Of a stretch of 32,000 nucleotides of DNA, positions 17,038 through 26,264 are shown piece by piece. Below the pieces are notes generated by a model, which did not search any database, was not told the origin of the DNA, and saw only the letters and a program-made list of their open reading frames with translations. The stretch is taken from assembly GCA_016188115.1 (NCBI GenBank), contig JACPIK010000002.1, positions 895,462 to 927,461 on the forward strand, read 5' to 3'. The stretch's first letter is position 1, and each line of letters opens with the position of its first letter. The position numbers and the translations under genes are program-made. Source of the stretch: Candidatus Woesearchaeota archaeon. GTDB taxonomy: Archaea > Nanobdellota > Nanobdellia > Woesearchaeales > GW2011-AR9.

Positions 17038-17700
17038 ATGTCAACTACAAAGCTATTTTGGACAGACCCTTACCAAACTCATTGCACTGCAACCGTAACC
17101 GCAATCAACGATAACAAAGTCAAACTTAATCAAACTATCTTCTATGCATTCTCTGGAGGACAACTTTCTGACGAAGGAACTATTGGTGGCCTCAAAGTTC
17201 TTGAAGCCGTCAAACAAGGTGACAAAGAAGATATTGTAGATATTGAATACACGCTAGAACATCCCCCAACATTTAACGTAGGAGACAAAGTAGAAGTCAA
17301 AATTGATCCCATTCGCCGTGAAAAACTACGTCGCCTCCACTCCGCCGCACACGTTGTCTATTACATCGTTGTCGAAAAACTAGGACAAGTAAAGATCAAT
17401 GGCTCCGAAGTCCAAGTTGAAAAAGCTCGTATGGATTTTGGCTACGATACCCCCATTACTGATCTTCTCCCGCAAATCGAAGAAGCGGCCAATAAATTCA
17501 TCCAAGAAAACCACCACATCCAACGCTACGTCGACCCACATAAACCCGATCTTTGGTGGTGGGAAATCAAAGAAAAAAGCTGGAAAATGCCCTGCGGTGG
17601 CACGCATGTCAAAAACACCAGTGAGATCGGTCTACTCAAACTTGTCAGAGTCAACAAAGGCAAAGGTCGAGAGAGAATTGAAATGTATTTGACAGAATAG
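17038..17700 (+). CDS. alaX: AlaX-type alanyl-tRNA editing protein (Ser-tRNA(Ala) deacylase)
   Basis: Zinc motifs H-x3-H (HSAAHVV) and C-x3-H (CGGTHV). The N-terminal FYAFSGGQLSDEGTI barrel is typical of AlaX-M. A TATA box ends 23 nt before the ATG. Confidence 0.85.
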   Translation: MSTTKLFWTDPYQTHCTATVTAINDNKVKLNQTIFYAFSGGQLSDEGTIGGLKVLEAVKQGDKEDIVDIEYTLEHPPTFNVGDKVEVKIDPIRREKLRRLHSAAHVVYYIVVEKLGQVKINGSEVQVEKARMDFGYDTPITDLLPQIEEAANKFIQENHHIQRYVDPHKPDLWWWEIKEKSWKMPCGGTHVKNTSEIGLLKLVRVNKGKGRERIEMYLTE

Positions 17701-17732
17701 AAAACAAAAAATTAAATCAAGATCAAATCTAT

Positions 17733-19355
17733 CTACATCCCATCCATTTCACTTGACGGTCCACGTCGAGTCATCTTCGCTGCCTGCGCATTCATAATCA
17801 CATCATCGATACGCAAAATCATCTCCGCAACCTGTGTCGCAGATGATAATGCCTGTGTCTTCACCTTCAACGGTTCCAAAACACCAGCAGCCCACGCATC
17901 CATGACTTCACCAGTAAAAATATTCACGCCAGCCCAAATCATACCCTGTTCATGAGCAGCACGTAAAGCAGCAAGAACATCAATAGGATCAAGCCCAGCA
18001 TTCTCGGCAAGAGTTCGAGGAATCACTTCAAGTGCCTGGGCATACGCTTCTACCGCAAGTTGTTCGCGACCTTGTAACGTACGCGCAAAACCTCGCAATG
18101 AACAAGATAATTCCATCTCCATTGAACCTGCTCCAGCAATCACAAACCCGTCACGTAATGCAGCAGAAAGATCGCCTAACGCATCTTCTACAGCACGTTT
18201 GATCTCATCAGCAACATGACTCGTTCCCCCTCGAACAAGCAGCGTCACGGTTTTAGGGTCAGGACATTCTTCTACAAAAAGTATCTCTTCATTTGCAATC
18301 TTTTCTTGGCGTACACAACCTGCGCTTCCTAGATCCGCAGGACTCAACTCTTTCCAACTACTCACGATGTGACCACCCGTAGCTCGTGCCAATCGTTCCA
18401 TATCACTTTTAGTAACTCGTCTAACGGCCAGAATTCCTCGTTTCGCAAAAAAGTGCTGCACTAAATCATCAACACCACGTTGACATAAAACGACATTCGC
18501 ACCACTTTGTGCAATCACATTTACCATCTCTCGCAACAAATGCTCTTCACGATCAAGAAATGCATGCAATTGGGTAGGATCATTGATTTGAATTTTCGCA
18601 TCAATTTCAGTATTTTTTATCTCAAGTGGACAATCCAGCAATGCCACTCGCGCAATATCAACACGACGCGGCATAGAACTATGGGCTCTCTCTTTATCTA
18701 AAACAACCCCTCTCACTAATGAACTCGCAAGCGGACTCTCTCCCGTCATTTTTTCAATCTTGATACTCTCAATAATATCCGTATTATCAACAGCAGAACT
18801 CGCCACATGATTGACTGCTTCAAGTAAAAGATTCGCTAAATGATCTCGATGTGCTTCGGCGCCTTTGCCCGTCATGGCAGTACACACGATGCTATGTAAA
18901 ACATCATGATGTTGCAACGTTACTGGTTTAGCATGAGATCGTAATAACGTCTGCGCAAACCCCTCTGCCGCACGATACCCCTTTGCAATAATCGTTGGAT
19001 GAATATTTTGATCTAGTAACTCCTCAGCTTTACGTAACAACTCTCCTGCAATCACCGCAACCGTGGTAGTCCCGTCGCCCACTACTTGCTCTTGTGTTTT
19101 AGCAACTTCAACCACCATACGCGCAGCTGGATGTTCCACATTCATCTCACGCAGAATCGTTACACCATCATTAGTAACAGTAACATCACCGCTCGCATCG
19201 ACAATCATCTTATCCATCCCTTTTGGACCTAATGTTGTACGCACAGCATCAGCAACAGCTTTTGCTGCCGCAATGTTATTACGTTGCGCATCACGTCCTG
19301 CAGATCGTTTTGTATCTTCTGGAAGAATAAATATTGGTTGAATTGGCTGTGTCAT
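17733..19355 (-). CDS. ths: Thermosome subunit (group II chaperonin)
   Basis: Signatures [26 protein letters not shown] and the overall 540-aa architecture. An SD-like AGGTGGGG lies in the short leader. Confidence 0.93.
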   Translation of the reverse strand: MTQPIQPIFILPEDTKRSAGRDAQRNNIAAAKAVADAVRTTLGPKGMDKMIVDASGDVTVTNDGVTILREMNVEHPAARMVVEVAKTQEQVVGDGTTTVAVIAGELLRKAEELLDQNIHPTIIAKGYRAAEGFAQTLLRSHAKPVTLQHHDVLHSIVCTAMTGKGAEAHRDHLANLLLEAVNHVASSAVDNTDIIESIKIEKMTGESPLASSLVRGVVLDKERAHSSMPRRVDIARVALLDCPLEIKNTEIDAKIQINDPTQLHAFLDREEHLLREMVNVIAQSGANVVLCQRGVDDLVQHFFAKRGILAVRRVTKSDMERLARATGGHIVSSWKELSPADLGSAGCVRQEKIANEEILFVEECPDPKTVTLLVRGGTSHVADEIKRAVEDALGDLSAALRDGFVIAGAGSMEMELSCSLRGFARTLQGREQLAVEAYAQALEVIPRTLAENAGLDPIDVLAALRAAHEQGMIWAGVNIFTGEVMDAWAAGVLEPLKVKTQALSSATQVAEMILRIDDVIMNAQAAKMTRRGPSSEMDGM

Positions 19356-19395
19356 AATTGTAAAACCCCACCTAGATGAACAGGGCTACAAAGTT

Positions 19396-19403
19396 TTTAT
19401 AAA
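19396..19403. promoter_or_regulatory. Palindromic TATA box (TTTATAAA) shared by the divergent thermosome and 19427 genes
   Basis: It ends 23 nt before ATG 19427 (leaderless). It lies 40 nt from the thermosome ATG at 19355, which leaves a short SD-containing leader. Confidence 0.45.
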
Positions 19404-19426
19404 GATTATGTGGAAAAATGAGATGA

Positions 19427-19933
19427 ATGGACAACCTAGTTACGACTGCACAATATGTTCCGGATAATAAGTACGTTGTTTCAAAATCCCCCCTTTATAC
19501 TACTAATTTGGAAGGATGTGTGGCAATAGGACTCGGTGCTGGTACAACACTGGGCTTATGGCATTGTCATGCTGCTGATATTATAAAAAATACTGCCCAT
19601 CTAGGACTTCAAGAATTCCTTCTAGAACTCGAAAAACAGAGCCATCTCTCAAGAAGATTTATGGTTGGATATGTAGTAGGTGGAGATTATGATCGATATG
19701 ATGGAGCAAAACGTATCGCTTATTATCGTCACAATAACCTAATGTGCGAAATGGTAAGACGCCAGGGAGTAAATGTCAAAGAGAGAAAACATCCAGGAGC
19801 ACTTATAGAACGAAGCCTCAAAAGCGCATTAATATATCATGAAAGTGATGAACTTCATCTCAGAACTTTGTTACATAGAAATGTTATTACTAATCCTGCA
19901 ACTGCTCTTGCCAGATTGATAGAAACACACTAG
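19427..19933 (+). CDS. Hypothetical protein, 168 aa; weak CheD-like resemblance
   Basis: NLEGCVAIGLGAGTTLGLWHCH, then VVGGDYD, then RQGVNV....G...R loosely follow the CheD pattern (GSCVAV...GG.aH; fGGA; L...gi.i...d.GG..gR). This is a by-eye comparison only. Confidence 0.5.
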   Translation: MDNLVTTAQYVPDNKYVVSKSPLYTTNLEGCVAIGLGAGTTLGLWHCHAADIIKNTAHLGLQEFLLELEKQSHLSRRFMVGYVVGGDYDRYDGAKRIAYYRHNNLMCEMVRRQGVNVKERKHPGALIERSLKSALIYHESDELHLRTLLHRNVITNPATALARLIETH

Positions 19934-20021
19934 TCCTTCAATTCCAAAACCCTACCACCCTAATACAACAATCTTTATTAAGCACTTCTGCCGCAAAACC
20001 TTTCAAAAAGAGGGTGAACGT

Positions 20022-20852
20022 ATGACAACTATTACATTCTTAGGTACTGCAGGTACAAACGCTGCCGTAACCAAACAAGCTCGTGGATCGGGTGGCATTG
20101 TGATTCAATATGAAGAACTTCAATTTCATCTTGATCCTGGTCCTGGTTCAATTACTAAATGTAAAGAATACGGAATAAATCCCCACAATACTACTGCTAT
20201 TTTAGTTTCAGATAATAACATCATTCATTGTAATGATATCAACATCATCATTGATGCTATGACCCATGGCGGAATTGAACGACACGGCCTAATTATGGGA
20301 AGTAAAACTGTTCTTCAAGGAACAGAAACAGGGTATCCTTTCATTACTAAATTTTATCAAAATCTTGTTGATAAAGTAATCCCTTTTGAAAAGAATCATC
20401 GAATCGGAATTGATGCTGTTGAAATCAGCGCAGTGCCATTGCAAAACCCAGATCCCAATTCTACTGGATTCAAATTTCACTTTCCCAATTTCACCATTGG
20501 TTATGTTGGTGACACTGCATTTACCAGTGAATTAAGTGAATCCTTACAAGGTTGCGATCTGTTGATTATCAATTGCCCATTTCCCGCTGACAAAGCGCAG
20601 GGTCCATCATTAGACCGAGATCGAGCTACAAAATTAGTTGCCCAAGTGCGACCTAAATTAGTAGTTTTGACCCATTTTAGCATTGATATGCTTAAAGCTG
20701 ATCCTTTACAAGAAGCACGTCTTATTCAAAGCGCAACCGGAGTGCAAACCATTGCCGCAACCGATGGACTCAAGATTGCACCAGAAGGATTTAGAAGCTA
20801 TAAAGCGCCAATCAAAGGCTTTGGTAATGATGTGCCAAGACCAGTTGTATAA
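20022..20852 (+). CDS. Metallo-beta-lactamase-fold protein with a degenerate metal-binding motif
   Basis: ITFLGTAGT start, LVSDNNIIHCND in place of the HxHxDH motif, and a late VVLTHFS His motif. An SD-like GAGGGTGA lies 6-8 nt upstream. Confidence 0.7.
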   Translation: MTTITFLGTAGTNAAVTKQARGSGGIVIQYEELQFHLDPGPGSITKCKEYGINPHNTTAILVSDNNIIHCNDINIIIDAMTHGGIERHGLIMGSKTVLQGTETGYPFITKFYQNLVDKVIPFEKNHRIGIDAVEISAVPLQNPDPNSTGFKFHFPNFTIGYVGDTAFTSELSESLQGCDLLIINCPFPADKAQGPSLDRDRATKLVAQVRPKLVVLTHFSIDMLKADPLQEARLIQSATGVQTIAATDGLKIAPEGFRSYKAPIKGFGNDVPRPVV

Positions 20853-20892
20853 AAATTATTTTTTTTCTGTATACTTTTTCTCACAAAAGATT

Positions 20893-22056
20893 TTAATCCA
20901 TCTTTAGAGGAAAGTCCCCTCGTGAACCTGAAAGAAGTGCTAATTTGCCTCGTCGTGCAATTCCTCTTTCAAAAAAGTCAGCCACAGAATCATTAAGTGG
21001 ATCCTGGCCCTTGCTCAATAAAGATAACCCCTCAACGACTCCTGAATCTATTGTAAGATGAGCATCAACAAACCAAGGTGGTAAATCTGGATCAATAAAA
21101 GCAAGAGTAGGCAAAGATATAGGTTTGTCAGAAACTAAACGTCGAGAAAGATTCTCAACAAGAAACTCAAAACCAGTAGAGTAATCAACAACTGCATTTT
21201 TCCAATTTTTATGCGCACTCAAAGTAAAACTATCAAAAAGCCATGCAGAGAGTCGATCTTCAAATGCATCCAGAGCATCAACTAAATAGCGAACCCTAGA
21301 CGCCGAGCTCCCTCTTTTATTATCCCATAAATTTGAAGAAGTTAATGCGGTAAATATACCCTGTTCATCAACCTGCGCAGGTGTGAGATCTCGTATCTTT
21401 TGAGTATCAAAATCAAGAGGACTAAAGTACGCAGGATGTACAAATCGATCACGTCCCCAGAAATGGGAAGAATTACGGATCAACAAAGTGCCATTTTCAG
21501 GATGAGACACACGTAAATAGGAACGTCGATATTCAACTTCAACACCCCGATATTTAGCAATAAAACCAGTTCCTAACCAGTCTGTGGATGTACCTTTACT
21601 CTTATCTGAATCACGTAGTAAACGTTCCATTCCCACAACCTCAAGAAGAGAATAACTATCTCCAAAGCGCTGGGCCATAAAACGCCAGAGAGGAAAAGAA
21701 AAACTCATCACACCAGCTCTCTCGAGTGCATAAGCCACATCATCAATTTTTTCACCAAGCATCTCACCTAGATCATCATGTTGTGTAAGAGCCGATAACC
21801 ACCGCTGTACTCGTTCTGGTTCATCATATCCTATGTGTAACAACGTCATAGCTTCGGCTTCATATGGAAATCTCTCACGAGACCAATGTGGACGATTTCG
21901 ATCTAACTCCCCAAATAGTGTATCGGCAGTAATAGCATCTTTTTCATGAACTAAGTAAGGAACAAGACGGCTCATGGCATGATAATCAGAAAGCTCGCCG
22001 CGTATTTCACTAAGGGCTGTAGGAAGTAATTGAGAAATAGGATTAATAGTGCTCAT
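20893..22056 (-). CDS. Hypothetical protein, 387 aa, cysteine-free and Trp/Arg/Asp-rich
   Basis: Long ORF whose start overlaps the upstream NadE-like gene's stop by 4 nt. I recognise no motif. Confidence 0.6.
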   Translation of the reverse strand: MSTINPISQLLPTALSEIRGELSDYHAMSRLVPYLVHEKDAITADTLFGELDRNRPHWSRERFPYEAEAMTLLHIGYDEPERVQRWLSALTQHDDLGEMLGEKIDDVAYALERAGVMSFSFPLWRFMAQRFGDSYSLLEVVGMERLLRDSDKSKGTSTDWLGTGFIAKYRGVEVEYRRSYLRVSHPENGTLLIRNSSHFWGRDRFVHPAYFSPLDFDTQKIRDLTPAQVDEQGIFTALTSSNLWDNKRGSSASRVRYLVDALDAFEDRLSAWLFDSFTLSAHKNWKNAVVDYSTGFEFLVENLSRRLVSDKPISLPTLAFIDPDLPPWFVDAHLTIDSGVVEGLSLLSKGQDPLNDSVADFFERGIARRGKLALLSGSRGDFPLKMD

Positions 22057-22814
22057 GGTGAAGTTGTGTAAAGAGGATGAGGCGTAATTGCCTCTTGCAA
22101 AACAGCATGAGAAGGAACGTAAGGAATTTTTGCTTTGAATTCTTTTCCAGGTACAAAAATGTTATCAATAAAATTAACTGCGTCAACATACCAACCTTCT
22201 CTTTCCCTACCTTCTAAATCTATCTCACCAGCCCGTGCTGCAAGAACCGTTTCAACAGCATTCAAACGACCCATTAATCCAGGACGATGACATGTGCAAC
22301 GAGGATCGCCAAGCCACCCTGCTGCGACAAGATTCTTAGGCATTTCAAGTTTTTCAACTAAATCCATCACTTCACTTTTCCATAATCCTACGACCGGTTG
22401 CATAACAGCAATTCTAGATGCGTTACTATAATCTCCTAATGTTTGCTCAGTACGTGTTCGAGATCCGACAACCCACAGATTATGTTGAATTCCATATGAC
22501 CCAATTGCTGCCCACCGATATGTGTCTTCATCAAGAACAGTATTCTTAGGAAGATCTATAACCTCAACAGCCCCATACTGTCTAAACCAATCGGCAAATG
22601 CAAATTGTTCACCATAATGAATACCTTGTACCCACCCTTTCTCTTTCCCAGCAATCTGCGCAGCTCGAGAACAAATAAGATAGGTTAATCCTGAATCTGT
22701 GCCACTAAGACCTACAACCAAACCTGAAGAATCTTGGGCCGTTTGTACCACCCATGTTGCAAGAGATTCGAATGCTTTGTCTAAATCCAGAATGCGTGGT
22801 GTAATTGTTGCCAT
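22053..22814 (-). CDS. NAD synthetase (NadE)-like adenine-nucleotide alpha-hydrolase with a non-canonical PP-loop
   Basis: LVVGLSGTDSGLTYL aligns to the NadE motif LVLGISGGQDSTL but is one residue shorter (SGTDS versus SGGxDS). WVVGSRTRTEQTLGDYSNASRIAVMQPVVGLWKSEVMDLVEKLEMP parallels the NadE segment VVGTDHAAEA..G..TKYGDG..D..P...L.K..V..L...L..P. Confidence 0.65.
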   Translation of the reverse strand: MATITPRILDLDKAFESLATWVVQTAQDSSGLVVGLSGTDSGLTYLICSRAAQIAGKEKGWVQGIHYGEQFAFADWFRQYGAVEVIDLPKNTVLDEDTYRWAAIGSYGIQHNLWVVGSRTRTEQTLGDYSNASRIAVMQPVVGLWKSEVMDLVEKLEMPKNLVAAGWLGDPRCTCHRPGLMGRLNAVETVLAARAGEIDLEGREREGWYVDAVNFIDNIFVPGKEFKAKIPYVPSHAVLQEAITPHPLYTTSP

Positions 22815-22931
22815 GATATCAAAACCAAATATGGGACGTATTTTATAAAAATTATTGAGTCCGAGTAAAAAATGAATACAGAACCCTCAAAATAGTGTAT
22901 CAAAACTGAAACCGAATACTCATTAAAAAAA

Positions 22932-23915
22932 TCAAATCAAAAGTTGAATCAGCCACACTACCCCTAATCCAACAAAACAACCAGCACCAATAAATGGCAT
23001 CGCCGGATAAAACTTATTTTGTTTACCATACCACAGCAATAATCCTAACCCAACCAGAGCAAATACAGGAATAATTAAACTCTGCCACAACCCCATATCT
23101 TTGAGAATAACACCAGCAAAGAGCAATGGAAACGCAATATCTCCGCCACCTAAGATCGCAGTTCGTGATTCTTTTGGAGGGGGAAGAGGATTTTTTGCAG
23201 ATTCATGTTTATTCTCTGCAACTTTAAGAGTAGAACGATTTTTCTCCGAATGATGTTTATCTCCATCAACATGTTTCGATTCACTTGATTTCTCTTTACC
23301 AAACCCATTCTTATTATCTTTACCATAAGGGATGAACAATCCCGCAAACACTTTCGCATTCGTAGTTTCTTGCGCGAGGGTTATCATATGCTTTGATTTC
23401 CACACCGCATACGCATCGTAGATACCAATTAAGATCAGTAAAATACTAACTGAAAAAAGATTAAGCAGAGGCACAAAAATTGCCGCAAGACCGCCATATA
23501 ACAATAATTCTGTTGCGTTATGAACCCAAATATTAGGAAAAAATATTTTCCAAATACCCAGAATAAGCGCTAAGCCTAGAGCAATAAATGCTGGAAGAAC
23601 AGAACCTAATGCGACAGTTAAGGATATCACAATAGACAGCAAGAACCATAGCTTCCAAACTTTTCTTAATTTATACTTCATCAAAATAAGTAAGAGTACA
23701 GTTCCCACCAAAATAGAGATCATAATCGGAACAAATGAAAAATCGCCTTTAATATCGTCTGGTCTCTCAAAAAGCGGGGTGGGATAAAAAGTCACTTCAC
23801 CTTGAATTGCACTCTCGATTGGATCAATATACGTAACCAAAATGCCAATACCAATATATTGAGCACACAAAAAGAGCACGAGTAAAATCAAAGTAACGGG
23901 AATAGAATGTTTCAT
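22932..23915 (-). CDS. Presenilin / signal-peptide-peptidase-like intramembrane aspartyl protease (A22 family homolog)
   Basis: Catalytic motifs sit in consecutive TM helices: GIYDAYAVW (YD) and ILGGGDIAFPLLF (GxGD). A PAL-like motif, YPAMPF, lies near the C-terminus. A long charged loop separates the two catalytic TMs. A TATA box (TTTTAAAA, 23938-23945) lies 23 nt upstream. Confidence 0.75.
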   Translation of the reverse strand: MKHSIPVTLILLVLFLCAQYIGIGILVTYIDPIESAIQGEVTFYPTPLFERPDDIKGDFSFVPIMISILVGTVLLLILMKYKLRKVWKLWFLLSIVISLTVALGSVLPAFIALGLALILGIWKIFFPNIWVHNATELLLYGGLAAIFVPLLNLFSVSILLILIGIYDAYAVWKSKHMITLAQETTNAKVFAGLFIPYGKDNKNGFGKEKSSESKHVDGDKHHSEKNRSTLKVAENKHESAKNPLPPPKESRTAILGGGDIAFPLLFAGVILKDMGLWQSLIIPVFALVGLGLLLWYGKQNKFYPAMPFIGAGCFVGLGVVWLIQLLI

Positions 23916-24084
23916 TACTAAAACAGAAAGAAGACTCTTTTAAAAGCGTTGTGATTAAGGTGCTTTAGCGTGCGTGCCAATAGAGATTCTCTGCCCTAAT
24001 TTTCCCCCCATCCTAACTCTCCCCCACTAGGGGAAACTATTCCTTAATACCCCGCTCTTTCTTGAACAAAATTGGTGAACAAAC

Positions 24085-24618
24085 ATGGATTCAAACCCCG
24101 AAATATACATTAGTCAAATTGGTGATATGATGCTTTTTCCACAAGAGACAGAGATACCGTCTCAAACTGGACCTACAATGAAATATGCCCCCGCAGTCAG
24201 TCGAGACACTTTAACCCACTATGCTATGGCAGATTTTGGCAAAATGGCGCGAAATGATCCTCAACGCTTTGACCAAACTCTTGGAATCAAAGATGTGCGT
24301 GAAGTATATGTAACAAGTCTGCGTCACGTTGTTGAAAATGCGTATACCATCCTTCGACAGGGTGCGTCAACAAGTGAACTCGCAACAAGAGGATATGACA
24401 CCGCAATGGATCTTATTGATCTTTTCCCTGTAAATTACGCAGTACGAGACAGCCAAAATCCACTACGAGCATCATTAGACCAAAGCCTCACTGCCTTTGC
24501 TCGTGCAAATCCAGACCAATTACAACACGCGCGAGCAACAATGATGGAATACGCCAATGTTGCACAGCGTTATGCGAACAGATTAGAACAAGGATTTGTA
24601 TCATTACCCAAAATCTAA
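24085..24618 (+). CDS. Hypothetical soluble protein, 177 aa
   Basis: ORF with normal composition, convergent with herA across a 14-nt gap. I recognise no motif. Confidence 0.5.
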   Translation: MDSNPEIYISQIGDMMLFPQETEIPSQTGPTMKYAPAVSRDTLTHYAMADFGKMARNDPQRFDQTLGIKDVREVYVTSLRHVVENAYTILRQGASTSELATRGYDTAMDLIDLFPVNYAVRDSQNPLRASLDQSLTAFARANPDQLQHARATMMEYANVAQRYANRLEQGFVSLPKI

Positions 24619-24632
24619 TCGCAAACTCGTAG

Positions 24633-26162
24633 TTACGAAAAAAACGAGTCATCCACACGATATTCTTTTTTCTTTTCTTTTTGTGAAAATTCTGAGAATA
24701 ACGGTACTTTAACAGGCAACGCAAATCGTGTAAATGTAGAGGTAACTAATGCTTCCCCTTTGTCTAACGAAGCTATCGTGCGAGTATCCTGACTAAGGTC
24801 CTGCGGTGCCGATTCAATAATCGCCTGACGTTCTGCACCCATCTCTAAACCAAGAATTATTTTGGTGTTCATATTTGCCAGAATACTTTTCGGGATTTCT
24901 GAAGGCAACTGCGTAATCGCCAGTAACCCAATCTTAAATTTACGTCCTTCGCGTGCAATACTCTCAAAAACATTCGAACCTTGTTCTAACACTTTCTTTC
25001 CTAATACTCGCGGTGCTTCTTCAAGAACAATAGAAATGACAGGTTTATCATCAAGACGACCTTCACGTTTATAGTATTTGTAGCGATCAAATAATTCACT
25101 CGCAATAATACTGCCAATCATAATTTCAAGTGATCCAGAAAAATAACTAGTATCAATAATCACTATTTTACCACGTTCCACTTCATTACATAATTCAGTA
25201 ATCGTGTTCTCTCCTGCTATAGCATCAAAAACCCCGCGTGCTCGCAATTGACCATGATCTAATTCTAAATCAAGCAACGACACGAGTTTACGTTTAACAA
25301 CTGCAATAGTGTCCTCATGAAATGCGACGCCCTCAATGCGTTTTTCCTCAAGAATGCATTTGATCCACTCGTCACCAAACCGTTTATGATACGCATACAA
25401 ACACTGTCGTTGTGGTTCAGAAAGAGCAATCGCCCCACTAAAATGTTCTGGTTTAAGTTTACTTAAATTTAATTTAAGCGTGCGTGTGCCAACCGGCGGA
25501 CTATACGGAGTATAATAGACTACATGTTGTTTAGAAGGATGATCTTTAAGACCCAATCCTGTACGGCCATAATATTCATCATGCGGATCAAGCACCACCA
25601 TTCCCGCATATTCTTTACCAACAACATCCCACAATAAACACGACATCAAATTACTTTTCCCTTTACCTGTGCTTGCTGCAATCAGCATATGATGTGACAA
25701 CACGTCTTTACCTGCAAGAGCAACAGAAAAATCTAACGCCTGACTACCGCTGCGTAAAGACCCTAAAAACAGAGGAGACTGCGGACGGGTAATAAAAGAT
25801 AAATCATCTTTGACAATATTTCGCACTGAAGAAAAGAAGGGAGGAAGCATTTTACACAACGCAGCAGAAGAAATAGATCCTTTTGATTCAATAACTAACA
25901 GGGGTTTAAGTGATGCTACCTGATAATTTCGTAACGCTGGATCAAGAAGGGAAAATTGTTCCTCTTCTAAATTCATTCCTGCAACCATTTCAAGATTTTG
26001 TTGGGAAATTTGGCTGCCATACGAAAGATCATATACTTGCAAGATAAACTTCTTGCCTTCATGTTCAATGACACACAACTCCCCTAATTCAACCCTCTCG
26101 CCTGCTTTAACCCGCATCAAAATCGTTGAAAAGTTACCCCATACCACCTGCCCTTTAATCAT
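24633..26162 (-). CDS. herA: HerA-type (DUF87, FtsK/HerA superfamily) hexameric ATPase/helicase
   Basis: N-terminal HAS-barrel-like [30 protein letters not shown]. Walker A is [22 protein letters not shown] follows. Walker B is [11 protein letters not shown]. The C-terminal motif is [10 protein letters not shown] prefer ATG 26162 because ATTAAAAA (26186-26193) lies 24 nt upstream. The track's TTG at 26228 lies upstream of that TATA. Confidence 0.85.
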   Translation of the reverse strand: MIKGQVVWGNFSTILMRVKAGERVELGELCVIEHEGKKFILQVYDLSYGSQISQQNLEMVAGMNLEEEQFSLLDPALRNYQVASLKPLLVIESKGSISSAALCKMLPPFFSSVRNIVKDDLSFITRPQSPLFLGSLRSGSQALDFSVALAGKDVLSHHMLIAASTGKGKSNLMSCLLWDVVGKEYAGMVVLDPHDEYYGRTGLGLKDHPSKQHVVYYTPYSPPVGTRTLKLNLSKLKPEHFSGAIALSEPQRQCLYAYHKRFGDEWIKCILEEKRIEGVAFHEDTIAVVKRKLVSLLDLELDHGQLRARGVFDAIAGENTITELCNEVERGKIVIIDTSYFSGSLEIMIGSIIASELFDRYKYYKREGRLDDKPVISIVLEEAPRVLGKKVLEQGSNVFESIAREGRKFKIGLLAITQLPSEIPKSILANMNTKIILGLEMGAERQAIIESAPQDLSQDTRTIASLDKGEALVTSTFTRFALPVKVPLFSEFSQKEKKKEYRVDDSFFS

Positions 26163-26185
26163 AGCTATTTCCAGAGACGAATGGG

Positions 26186-26193
26186 TTTTTAAT
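26186..26193 (-). promoter_or_regulatory. TATA box (ATTAAAAA) for herA
   Basis: It lies 24 nt upstream of ATG 26162 on the minus strand. Confidence 0.4.
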
Positions 26194-26233
26194 GATTTGG
26201 GTTGAGAAAGGATTACAATTCCAAACAAAAATC

Positions 26234-26241
26234 TTTATAAA
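26234..26241 (+). promoter_or_regulatory. TATA box (TTTATAAA) for rpl35ae
   Basis: It ends 23 nt before ATG 26265 (leaderless geometry). Confidence 0.45.
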
Positions 26242-26264
26242 CAGACCCTATTTCTAAGCTCAAT

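Noticed and set aside
26163-26228. The TTG-initiated 22-codon extension of herA ([22 protein letters not shown]).
   Set aside because: A TATA box at 26186-26193 lies inside this extension, 24 nt upstream of ATG 26162. The HAS-barrel homology starts right after that ATG.
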